Part shown: positions 45,431 through 56,943 of the stretch, piece after piece
Numbering within the stretch: the first letter of the stretch is position 1
How the letters are laid out: each line of letters opens with the position of its first letter
Source: the human T2T-CHM13v2.0 reference genome, Homo sapiens
Assembly: GCF_009914755.1 (NCBI RefSeq)
Contig: NC_060947.1
Reading direction: 5' to 3' (one strand)
Length of the DNA stretch: 64,000 nt
Notes under the pieces: model-generated
What the model was told of the DNA's origin: nothing
Database searches by the model: none
Seen by the model: the letters and a program-made list of their open reading frames with translations, nothing else
Position numbers and translations under genes: made by a program

Positions 45431-45929
45431 AACAAATAGTCTTCCTCTACACACCACACACTTAACCACAACACCATTCTTCCAATAAATAGAAAATGAC
45501 AGAGCCAAGCTGAAATGCAGGTGCTGATCTTGCTCATTAGTAAGTAACTAATGCCAACACACCACATTTTAGTTATTTTCCTTTTTGATAGTGACAAATG
45601 ACTGCATATCACTGCAAATAGCTGAACTCTGGTTGTTGAATTTTCAAAATCAAGAGTCTTATCCCAGCCATCTGGTTAATGAGGCAGGGGTGCTGGCTTT
45701 TCTGAAACCCAAAGTAATTGTGACTATTCAATTCCAGTGACACATTGCTTGGCAGGGGCAGGAGGGAAGAGGTAGTCTGAGCTAGACATGGTTCTCTATA
45801 GAAATAGAAAGTGAAGATTGTAGAGATTCTGTAACAAGTCAACTGACTTAAAGTAGAACACAGAGAAACTTCCTTGAAGTCCATCTCCCTTGGTGGGTGG
45901 AACTCTCTTCACAGCACTTGGAGGGAGAT

Positions 45930-48060
45930 AGTTGTTAAATAAATAATCACAAAATTGAAAGCATAATTATAGATTATGAAAAGCATTATTAAGTAAATAA
46001 TGGCATGATAGATCACAATGAGGAAATTGCCTGGCTTAGTTTGGGGCCTCGAGGCAAGATTCTCTGGGAAATTCACATTTAACCAGACAGCTGAAAGATA
46101 AGAAGTGACACATGCAAAGAAATAGAGGGAAAGTGTCCAAGTCAAAAGGATGTGTGCTAAGATCTTGAGAGGGAAACAGGAGAATAGGATGTTTGAGGAA
46201 AAGGAAGAAGGCCAGTGTAGCTGGAGTTTGAGTATGAGGAAAATAAGGTCGTGAGATGAGTTTAGAGAGATAATCTCTGGAGATAGTGCAGAACTTTGTA
46301 GGCCATCTTAAGGGATTTGGATTTCAAGTGAAATGGGAAACCATTAAAAGATTTAAACAGGGGAGTGGTATGATCTGATTTACATTTTTAAAAGGTCAAT
46401 CTGGTTGCCCTGTGGTGAGTTTATAATAGGATGAGATGAGAGAAAATGAAGAGACCAGTTAGGAGGCTATTAAAATAGTTCAGGCAAGAGATGGTGATTG
46501 CTTAGGCTTAAATGATAGCCATGGGAAGGACAGAGTGCACATTTTTTAAATAGACTTTGCGTGAAAAGAAGTGGTGAATGAGAGAGAGGAAAATGTCCAA
46601 ATGGTCTCCAGGGCTCTTGGAATGAACCATTAGGTTGATGGAGCTACCATTTCCTGAGATAAGAAAGATAAAGGAAGAGTAGATTTGGGCTAGGAGAGTA
46701 AAGAATAAATCAAGAGCTTAGTTTTGAATATGTTGAGTTTGAGATGTCAGGGAGACAATGAGATGGAGATGTCAAGCAGGTAGTTGAATTAGTATAGCTG
46801 AAGCTCAGAAGATAAGAATGAGCTAGAGAGAGAAATTGGAGAGTTTGTTGCGGGAAGTCAGGGACCCCAAATGGAGGGACCGGCTGAAGCCATGGCAGAA
46901 GAATGTAGATTGTGAAGATTTCATGGACATTTATTAGTTCCCCAAATTAATAATTTTGTAATTTCTTATGCCTGTCTTTACTACAGTCTCTAAACATAAA
47001 TTGTAAAGATTTCATGGACACTTATCACTTCCCCAATCAATACCCTTGTTATTTCCTATGCCTGTCTTTACTTTAATCTCTTAATCCTGTCAGCTGAGGA
47101 GGATGTATATTGCCTCAGGACCCTGTAATAATTGCATTAACTGCACAAATTGTACAGCATGTGTGTTTGAGCAATATGAAATGTGGGCACCTTGAAAAAA
47201 GAACAGGATAACAGCAATTGTTCAGGGAATAAGGGAGATAACCTTAAACTCTGACCGCTGGTGAGCCAGGTGGAACAGAGCCATATTTCTCTTCTTTCAA
47301 AAGCAAATGGCAGAAATATCACTGAATTCTTTTTCTCAGCATGGAACATCCCTGAGAAAGAGAATGCACACCTGGGGGTGGGTCTCTAAACTGGCCCTCC
47401 TGGGCATGGTCATCTCTTATGGTCGAGACTGCAGAGGTGAAACAGACTCCAGTCTCCCATAGTGCTCCCAGGCTTATTAGGAAGAGGAAATTCCCGCCTA
47501 ATAAATTTTGGTCAGACCCGTTGATCTCAAAACCCTGTCTCCTGATAAGATGTTATCAATGACAATGGTGCCCGAAACTTCATTAGCAATTTTAATTTTG
47601 CCTCAGTCCTGTGGTCCTGTGATCTCGCCCTGCCTCCACTTGCCTTGTGATATTCTATTACCTTGTAAAGTACTTGATGTCTGACCCACACCTATTCGCA
47701 CACTCCCTCCCCTTTTGAAACTCCCTAATAAAAACTTGCTGGTTTTTGTGGCTTGTGGGACATCACAGAACCTACCGACATGTGATGTCTCCCCCGGATG
47801 CCCAGCTTTAAAATTTCTCTCTTTTGTACTCTGTCCCTTTATTTCTCAAGCTGGCCGACGCTTAGGGAAAATAGAAAGAACCTACACGAATAATGGGGTA
47901 GGATCCCCGATAAGAGTTGTTGGCAAAAAAAAAAGGGCTGTTTAAAGCCATGAGTGTGTAAGAAGTCCTTGGGAAGATTGTTTATAGAAGAGGTAGAAGG
48001 GGCCCAGAATTGAGCCCTGAGGAAAGTTCAATATTTTTGAAGTTACAAAGAGAAAAAGGA
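45930..48060 (-). mobile_element. L2 element, interrupted by MER11
   Basis: AAGGAAGAAGGCCAGTGTAGCTGGAG, GACCAGTTAGGAGGCTATT and TTTTGAATATGTTGAGTTTGAGATG are reverse L2 motifs. It resumes after 47918. Confidence 0.8.
46846..47912 (+). mobile_element. MER11 solo LTR (HERV-K11/HML-8)
   Basis: TGTTGCGGGAAGTCAGGGACCCCAAATGGAGGGACCGGCTGAAGCCATGGCAGAAG start and CCCCGATA end. 6-bp TSD AGAGTT at 46840-46845 and 47913-47918. Confidence 0.95.
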
Positions 48061-48074
48061 ATCAAGCTTCAGAA

Positions 48075-50215
48075 TCAGGAGGCAGAGCAAGATGGTAGAA
48101 TAGAAGGCTCTACCGATCTTCACAACAAGAAGGACACAAATTTAACAAGTATCTACACAAAAAAAGCACCTTCATGAGAACCAAAAATCAGGTGAGCACT
48201 CATAGTATAGTACCTCGTTTTAACTTCATATCACTGAAAGAGGCACTGAAGAGACAGAAAAAAAAGGTCTTGAATTGCTGGCACCACCCCTGACAGAAGC
48301 AGCATGATGCAGAGAGCATTTCTGTGTGCCGGAGGAGAGAGAGCACAGCAATTGTGAGGCATTCAACTCAGTGCTGTCCTGTTAGAGCAGAAAGGAAAAC
48401 TGGACCAAACTCAGCTGATGCCCACACGTGAAGGGAGCATTTAAAGCAACCCTAGCCAGAGGGGAATTGCCAATCCCAGTGGTCCGAACTCAAGTTCCCA
48501 CAAACCTTGCCACTGAGGGTTAAAGTGCTCTAGATCTCTAAATAAACGTGAAAGGCAGTATAGGCTACAAGGACTGAAACTCTTAAGCAAGTCCTAGCGC
48601 TGAACTGGGCCCAGAGACAGTGGACTGGAGGGGGCATACTAGGACACCAGCTGGGGTTGCTAAGAAAGTGCTGGCATCAGTACAAAAATTAGGCATGGTG
48701 GTGCATGCCTGTAATCCCAGCTATTCAGGAGGCTAAGGCAGGAGAATTGCTTGAACCTGGGAGGCAGAGGATGCAGTGAGCTGAGATTGCGTGACTGCAC
48801 TCCAGCCAGGGTGACAGAGGGAGACTCCAGCTAAAAAAAAAAAAGAAAAGAAGAGAAAAGAAAGAAAGAAAGTGCTGGCATCACTGTCCTTTAACCCCAG
48901 GCTGCACAGCTCATGGCTCCAAAAGACTGCCCTTACTTCTGCTTGAGGAGAGGGAAGAATGGGGAGAGCTTTGTCTTGAATCAGATAGCAGCTTAGGCAC
49001 AGCAGGATAGGGCACCAGTCAGAGTCCTGAAGTCCCCTTTCCAGACCCTGCCTCCCGGATGACATTTCTAGACATGCCCTCGGCCAGAAGGGAACTCACT
49101 GCCTTGAAGGGAAGAACCCAGTCCTGGCAGCATTCATCACCTGCTAACTGAAGAGCCCTTGGGCCCTGAATAACCAGCAGCACTACCCAGATACTAGGTT
49201 GAGGGCTTTGGGAGAGCCTCTGAGACTTGCTGGTTTCAGGTGAGACTCAGCACATTCTCAGCTCTGGTGACTACAGAGTGAAACTCCTTCTGCTTGAGAA
49301 AACTAGAGGGAAAAGTAAAGTGGACTTTGTCTTCCACCTTTGGTACAAACTTGGCCACAAGGGGGTAGAACATCAAACAGGTTCTTGTGGTCCCCGATTC
49401 CAGTACTTGACTCTGGCATGGCATTTCTGGACCTGTCTTGGGCCACAGGGGAGTCTGCTGCCCTGAACGGTGAGTCTCAGGCCAGGCAACATTCACCACA
49501 AGCTGACTTGGGAGCCCTTGGGCCTAAAGGGAGTATCAGCAGTAGTCTGGCAGTACTCCGCATGGCCATGTGGTGGCAGTGGCCGCAGGATGAGGCTCCT
49601 CTGCCTTTGCAGAGGGGAGAAAAAAGTGGGAAGAGCTGTGTCTTGTTTGAGGGCCAGCTCAGTTGCAGTACAATAGAACACCAGGTAGATTTCTAAGGTT
49701 TTTGACTCTAGCCACTGACTGCCGGACAGCACCTCTGGACCCACCTGGGGCCTTGGGAACTTCATCACCCTGAAGGGAAGAACACAGGCCCGGCTAGTTT
49801 TGCCACCTGCTGGTGATAGAGCCCCAGGACTTTGAGCAAACATAGGTGGTAGCCAGGAAGTGGTAAGAGCAGGCCTTGGACAAGACCCAGAGCTGTGCTG
49901 GCTTGAGATCTGACTTAGTGCATTCGTAGTGGTGGTGGTGACAGAGGTGCTTGTGTCACTTCAACCCCAAATTTAGAAGGCTCAGAACAGAGAGAAAGAC
50001 TCCATTTGATTGGGAGAAAGTAAGGGAAGAGAACAAGAGTCTCTGCCTAGCAATCCAGATAATTGCCCCAGATTGTTTCCAAGATCATCAAGGTGGTACC
50101 TCTATGAGTCTGCAAGAACCACAGCATTACTGAGCTTGGGGTGCCCCCTAAAGTAGATACAGCTTTTATCCCAATATCCAAGTCCTTTCAAATATCTAGA
50201 AGGATTTCCCAAGTA
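48075..50215 (+). mobile_element. Old LINE-1 5' UTR (L1M1/L1MA-type)
   Basis: GGAGGCAGAGCAAGATGGTAGAATAGAAGGCTC start and a long GC-richer UTR with recurring TGAAGGGAAGAAC motifs. Confidence 0.75.
48680..48865 (+). mobile_element. 5'-truncated Alu (right monomer)
   Basis: Starts in the linker TACAAAAATTAG. 18-bp TSD AAGAAAGTGCTGGCATCA at 48662-48679 and 48866-48883. Confidence 0.92.
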
Positions 50216-50216
50216 G

Positions 50217-51460
50217 GATCAGACTAACAGCAGATCTCTCTGAAGAATCCTTACAAGCTAGAAGAAAGCAGGGGCCAATATTCAACATTCTTAAAGAAAA
50301 TAATTTTCAACCCAGAATTTCATATCCAGCCAAACTAAGCTTCATAAGCAAAGGAGAAATAAAATCATTTACAAAAAAACAAATGCTGAGGGATTTTGTC
50401 ACCACCAGGCCTGCCTTACAAGAGCTCCTGAAGGAAGCACTAAATATGGAAAAGAAAAACCAGTAGCAGCCACTGCAAAAACATACCAAAATATAAAGAC
50501 CAATGACACTATGAAGAAACCGCATCAACTAATGTGCAAAATAACCAGATAGCATCATGATGACAGAATCAAATTCACACATAACAATATTAACCTTAAA
50601 TGCAAATGGGCTAAATGCCCCAATTAAAAGACACAGACTGCCAAATTGGATAAAAAGTCAAGACCCATTGGTGTGCTACATTCACGAGACCCATCTCACG
50701 TGCAAAGACACATAGGCTCAAAATAAAGGAAGGGAGGAATATTCACCCAGCAAATGGAAAGCAAATAAGAGCAGGGGTTGCAATCCTAGTCTCTGATAAA
50801 ACAGACTTTAAACCAACAAAGATCAAAAAAGACAAAAACGGGCATTACATAGTGGTAAAGGGATCAATGCAACAAGAAGAGCTAACTATCCTAAATATAT
50901 ATGCACCCGATACAGGAGCACTCAGATTCATACAACAACTTCTTAGAGACCTACAAAGAGACTTAGACTCCCACAAAATAATAGTGGGAGACTTTAACAC
51001 CTCACTGTCAATATTAGACAGATCAACGAGGCAAAAAAGTAATAAAGATATTCAGGACTTGAACTCAGCTCTGGACCAAGTGGACCTAATAAACATCTAC
51101 AGAACTCTCCGCCCCAAATCAACAGAATATACATTCTTCTCAGTGCCACATCACACTTATTCTAAAATCAACCACATAATTGGAAGTAAAACACTCCTCA
51201 GCAAATGTAAAACAACTGAAATCATAACAGTCTCTTAGACCACAGTGCAATCAAATTAGAACTCAGGATTAAGAAATTCACTCAGAACCTCACAACTACG
51301 TGGAAATTAAATAACCCACTCCTGAATGACTACTGGGTAAATAACAAAATTAAGGCAGAAATAAATAAGTTATTTGAAACCAATGAGAAAAAAGAGACAA
51401 TGTACCAGAATCTCTGGGACACAGCTAAAACAGTGTTAAAAGGGAAATTTATAGCACTAA
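50217..51460 (+). mobile_element. Internal L1PA (L1PA6-8-like) fragment from ORF1 end to ORF2 EN, no poly-A
   Basis: ATCAGACTAACAGCAGATCTCTC start. ORF 50852..51238 has EN motifs (NIYAPD, GDFNT). Stops at TTTATAGCACTAA. Confidence 0.88.
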
Positions 51461-51842
51461 TGTGTGTGGCCAGATTTTCTTCATTTTCTTCAAACAAAAC
51501 AGTATATCCTAGCAGATTGAATGCAGAAGCAGCTACAAGAATCTGGTTATTTTCTATTAAGCCCAATAATCCAGTTTTGAAAATTCAAAGATAATAACAT
51601 TTATTTTACTATCTCGTATTTTTGAAAAATATAGATATTCTCCACAAAAAATGTTTTATATGTTAACACATCATTGACCTATTATTGTTAATTGTTAATT
51701 AATTTTCAAAAAATTCTCAGTTTTAATTTGCAATTTGGTAGACATCAATAGATATAAACCACAAAAACAAAGCCTCTTTGAGGTCCTCAATCATTTTTAA
51801 GAGTTTAAAGTGGTCCTGAGACCAAAAAATTTGACAGCAGTT
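51461..51842 (+). mobile_element. Charlie1-type hAT DNA transposon 3' end
   Basis: GCAGATTGAATGCAGAAGCAG...TCTATTAAGCC...GGTCCTGAGACCAAAAA matches the recalled Charlie1 terminus. Confidence 0.8.
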
Positions 51843-52169
51843 CCTCTACACTAACCATGTCACCTCTGGTTCTTAAGCACCAGTGGTCTACAAGCATTTA
51901 AAGCCCTTCAGAGACAGGCCTAAAGCTTCCTTTCAAGTCTCATCTCCTATCACTTCTCTCCGCGTACCCTACTTGTCAGCTACATCTGCATTAGTTAACT
52001 TGCTAATCCTTCAACCTGCCAAGCCCATCCTAACCTCTATACCTAGCCTATTTGGTCCTATAAACATCACATTGTCTCTGGAGTCTTTCTTCCTGTTTGG
52101 CAAATTTAGTTGATCTCTTCTTCTTTTTCTGCAATGCAGTCTATGAGGTTGAGTTCAGAATGGCCATTA

Positions 52170-52285
52170 GCTCCATTTTTTAAGTAAATAAACTGAGGTC
52201 CAGAGAAAGAAAGAGACTCAACTAATTCCCATAGCAAGTGAGCAGCAGAGCTAGTGTCTAAATTCCCAGCATTATTTTTATACTT
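52170..52285 (-). mobile_element. MIR fragment
   Basis: CCATTTTT...AAACTGAGGTCCAGAGA reverse MIR core. Confidence 0.6.
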
Positions 52286-53369
52286 CCACTGAAGAGACTC
52301 AGAAAGTATTGGAGACACTGTAAGAAGGGGCACTTAATTGAGCTAAAACAAAGTTCTGGATTGGAACATTCTTGAAAGAAGTAACTCTTGACTTTGCCCG
52401 GGTATAAGAGCAGCCAAGCAATCCTTGCACATATTGACAGTAGATGAAAAGCAACCCATGGGAAATATCTTTGTCCTTTTTTTGCTTCTGCAAATGGTAG
52501 AGTCTATCCCACTCCAGCCAGTCATTATTCTTAAACAGAATAGCCGAGGAGCCTTCAGGCACTCTGGAGGCCACCTGAAGAGTACTGTCCTCATTTGAAG
52601 AAGGCTGCTTGAGCTGATGTTTTTGTGACACAACTGCCCACTGCCCCCACTGCCCTCAGTTGCCTCCCTAGGCTAGGATAAAAACTCCAGGCAAGGCCTT
52701 AAGCAACATTCAGACATTGGTGGAAAAATGCAACTGCCTGTTTCAGAGCACTTTGCCTTTCCTGTAATTTGTCAAATGGTGGGTATTTGGATTTTTCTTT
52801 TCAGAGAAAACTGGTTTTAAAAGCTTTTGGGAAATGCTAAGAGACAGTTTCTGCGAGGCCTCCAAATGAAGCTAACTCTAAGGGATGCTGCTTGTGCCAC
52901 AGCATCTGGCTGGTTAGAAAAGGCTGCTGTCAGGGACAGAGGCCTAAGGGATATTGATGAAAATTTAATGGATGTCTGGAAATCTTGAAAACACTGCTCC
53001 ACAGGAAAGCTTTTAGAATAGGGATGATCAGTTCAGTGTATCCCACGTTATTGGGGCACACCTGAGTCAAATCCTGTAATAAGGGCTTGGAACACAGAGT
53101 TGAATAAAACTCGGCTCCTTCCCGATAAATTCATGGCCTCTTCAGAAAAACAAGCAGAAATACACACAGATGCAACACAGTGTTACCAATGCTAGAATAA
53201 GTATGACTAGGGAAGGAGTGATCACAATGAAATGGAGAAGGTTTTCTTAGGGCCATGATATGTGAGCAAGCCCTTAATGTGAACAGGTGCTCATCTGTTC
53301 ACAGGTCACTATAGGTTTCGGGAACCAAATATGAAAAGGATGGCAGTAGAAAAGATGAAAATATTGGTC

Positions 53370-53800
53370 ATTTTCTGGCTATCATCCCCACCCCCAGATC
53401 CATTCCCTACCCTTCTCTTCCCTGCTCTGTTTCCCAGCAAGCTGACCTTGTAGACTGTATCAACTGGCTGCCCTTGTCTGCTGGCTTCTGGCTGGGTTTG
53501 GCTATTGGGAGGCACTGGCATATCAGAGTGGGAGGAGAGGACGGTCCTGGTATTTCTTTCCTACTCCTTCTCTGCTTTGGGCCTCATTTCTGGCACTTAC
53601 TGGAATCTTCCCTGGCTACAGCTCTTAATAGAGACTTCTTCACAGTTTCAGCTCTCACTGAGCTCTGGTAATACTATCCCATGCCTTTACCCCTCCAAAC
53701 CAAGGGTGTAATGGCTTCTTGCTATTATTAGACATTGAGTGCTTCATCGTCTCTTGTTGGTACCTTTAATCCTGCCCAAACTTCTGAAAACTGTCAATTT
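53370..53800. mobile_element. LTR33-like ERVL LTR
   Basis: CAGATCCATTCCCTACCCTTCTC...CTGGCTTCTGGCTGGGTTTGGCTATTGGGAGGCACTGGCA resembles the recalled LTR33 consensus. Confidence 0.65.
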
Positions 53801-54062
53801 TATTTCCCACAAGGACCTTTATAAACATAAATTATAACATCCACAGGTCCAATTTTCACAGAATGTAAAGTATGTGGCTGTGGATGAGGTGATGAGGTAC
53901 AGGAAGGAGCTGAGACAAGGGCTGCATAGCAAAGCGTCTTATATGACCCTTCATATGAAAAACCTTGTATAAGCTGGTCATGAGTAGCCTCTACAAATCG
54001 ATTTTGTTGGAAGAGGAGAACTCCTGAAGGTGTGTTTGTCTTCCGTATAGATGATGTTCAAA

Positions 54063-54285
54063 TTAATAGCTACCATTTTTGAACATTTATTATGTGTTAG
54101 ATACCTTATCTTCATTATTTCATTGAATTCTCACAACAATCCTCGAAGATGAGCACTTATATCAACTGTACAAGTGAAAAAATGAAGGCTCAGAGAAGAA
54201 ATTTGCCCACTTATCACTAATGAATAAAAGAGAGAGGATTTGAATCCATGTCTGTCTGAGTCAAGAACTTGGGTGTTTCACAATG
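54063..54285 (-). mobile_element. MIR
   Basis: AATAGCTACCATTTTTGAACATTTATTATGTG...ATTCTCACAACAATCCT...AGGCTCAGAGA...GGATTTGAATCC. Confidence 0.75.
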
Positions 54286-54776
54286 CCCAGTTAGATGGTG
54301 AATCTGTATACATGACTTTTAGGTATCTTTCAGCTCTAGGATTCCATACATCTGTGAGATAAGAAGCCATCTCCAACTAAGTCCACCGGCCCGTCCATTA
54401 ACAAAGGGTGATGGTGGCAGACTTGTGGCCAGAGGGCTCCTTCAGCAGTGCATGCAGGGATATAAATGAGAATTCTTGGCTGGGGACAATGCTGTCCTTT
54501 CGTGCAATTATACCTCCTACTGGCCATGTCTTCCCAATGGGTGGAGAAAGAACCATATGGCTGATTAATTCTGATAGAATTCCATCTTCAGAAGTGCCAT
54601 CCCCATCAGTTCCTCGGGTAGAAATCTGGCACTCCAGTAGGACTGAATGCCACCCATAGTGCCAACTCATGCATGCTGAGCACTGGCACAAGCTAGGTTG
54701 ACTTGGCCACTGAATCTAGACACTAATCATAGTTTGATACCAAGCCTAAGGAAAATAAAAAGAGTCACCAACTTTG

Positions 54777-55077
54777 TTTTTATTCTTTTTTTTGAGACGG
54801 AGTCTCGCTCTGTCGCCCAGGCTGGGGTGCAATGGCGGCCGATCCCGGCTCACTGCAAGCTCCGCCTCCCGGGTTCAGGCCATTCTCCTGCCTCAGCCTC
54901 CTGAGTAGCTGGGACTACAGACGCCTGCCACCACGCCTGGCTAATTTTTTTGTATTTTTAGTAGAGACGGAGTTTCACCGTGTTAGCCAGGAAGGTCTCG
55001 ATCTCCTGACCTCGTGATCTGCCCGCCTCGGAATCCCAAAGTGCTGGGATTACAGGCGTGAGCCACCGCTCCCGGCC
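54777..55077 (-). mobile_element. AluY-type element
   Basis: CpG-rich reverse Alu (CACTGCAAGCTCCGCCTCCCGGGTTC; GATCTCCTGACCTCGTGATC). 17-bp TSD AAGAGTCACCAACTTTG. Confidence 0.95.
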
Positions 55078-55124
55078 ATAAGAGTCACCAACTTTGAATA
55101 CCTATTCCAGACAAGGCACTGAAG

Positions 55125-55278
55125 TATGTGTTATCACTGTCATATTACACTTGAGGAAACGAAGACTTAGAGAAGGGAATGACTTGCCAGAGTATAACAA
55201 AGCTATCAAGTGTCAGAACAGACACTGGAATCCAGGCTCTCCCTGACTACCAAAGTTCATATTCTCTGCTACCATACT
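55125..55278 (-). mobile_element. MIR
   Basis: TGAGGAAACGAAGACTTAGAGAAGGGAATGACTTGCC...GGAATCCAGG reverse core. Confidence 0.7.
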
Positions 55279-55284
55279 ATTTGG

Positions 55285-55512
55285 GTAGTATAATACAGTA
55301 GTTAAAAGCTCAGAATTGGCAGCTTGGGTTTTAATCTGGCTCCACCACTTCTTAGCTATATGACTTGGGCAAGTTACTTAACCTCTCTGTGCTTCAATTT
55401 CTTCATCTTTAAAATAAGAACAGGGGTTGTCATGAGGTTTAAATGCATTCATATTTGAAAAGCACTGAGAACAATGCCTGACACAGAGTGAGTGCTATAT
55501 GTTTGTTAAATA
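55285..55512 (+). mobile_element. MIR
   Basis: GGCTCCACCACTTCTTAGCTATATGACTTGGGCAAGTTACTTAACCTCTCTGTGCTTCAATTTCTTCATCT is the forward MIR core. Confidence 0.85.
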
Positions 55513-56943
55513 GATGAAGGACCCTTTCTACCCCTTCAACATTGAATTCTTCCTTTTGCAGACCTGGAAAGGAAAAGAAAGGAACTAGCTGAGGAGAAAT
55601 GCTCTCCTAAAAGGAAATAAGCTTTTCTCCTGATGCTGGAAAAAGGATAAGGCCATTGATTAACCTTTAGAAAAAGGACAACCTGTAAAGCTTGGGAAGG
55701 TTGACAGAGAAAGTACATGATGTCTGTGTCCTGGGTTGGATCCCTGTGCCCACACTCCCTTGCTCCCTCACTGCAACTGGATGTTGCTTGGACAGCTCTC
55801 TCTGACCTCCCTTCCGTCATCAGATCTGGAGACTGCTGCTGAGATAATAACAAGAATTGAGATGGTTATCTGAAAGACTGGGACCTTCACCATAGATTAT
55901 GGAAGCTGGGCATAGCACTGCCTGGCTCAAAACAAAAGCTACGTCTTGGTTTCAGAAGGTAGCAAGGGAAAAGAGGGGGTTCGTGGACCACATATCCCTG
56001 ACCTGGAACCAGGGAAGATATATATTATGTATAAAAATTCATATGTGTGTAGATGCCTTACAGTTTTCTGGAAGTCTGGGGCAGGGGGACAAGTGGACAA
56101 TGTGGTCTCCACTTCCTGCCAAAGACACTTGCATGAGTGGGGCAAAGCTGATGGTCACCTGGAAAACCCTGGTTGCACATATGTGCCCTGTGTATTCACC
56201 ATGGCCTAGGTATTGGCTATTACTCTTTACCAAGCCAGAAAGCATGAACCCTTGAATATGAGTTTTGCAGCTCTGTTTTCTCCAAGACTCTGCCACCAGC
56301 CTAGTGCTTCCAATAGACTGATTGAACACACACCCAAACACCCAACAGTTATGTTATGTTGTGAAAGTGTGATGGTTAATTTTATGTTTCAATTTAACTG
56401 TGCTATAGAGTGCCCACATTAAACATTATTTCTGGGTGTGTCTGTGAGGGTGTTTCCAGATGAGATTGGCATTTGAATCAGTGGAATCAGTAGATTCCTA
56501 CCCCAATGTGGGTAGGTATGATGCAATCCGTTGAGGGCCTGAATAAAACAAAAAGGCAGCAGAAAGAGGAATTTTCCTCTTTCTCTTCTTGCCAGATTGC
56601 TTGAGTGGGGACATGGATCTTCTCCTGCCTGTTGCACTCCTGGTTCTCAGGCCCTTGGACTCAGACTGAATTACACCACCAGCTTTCTTGGATCTCCAGC
56701 TTACAGATGATAGATCATGAAACTTCTTGGCCTCCATAATTGAGTTAGCCAATTCCTTAAAATAAATTCTTTCATGTATAAATCTATCTATCTATCTAGC
56801 TATCTATCTATCTATCAATCAATCATTCTGTTGGGGTGCCACAAACTGTATATATATGCATATATATATACACACACATACACATGGTGGTTACATGGAG
56901 ACATATGTATATATATGCATATATATACACATGCAAACACAAA

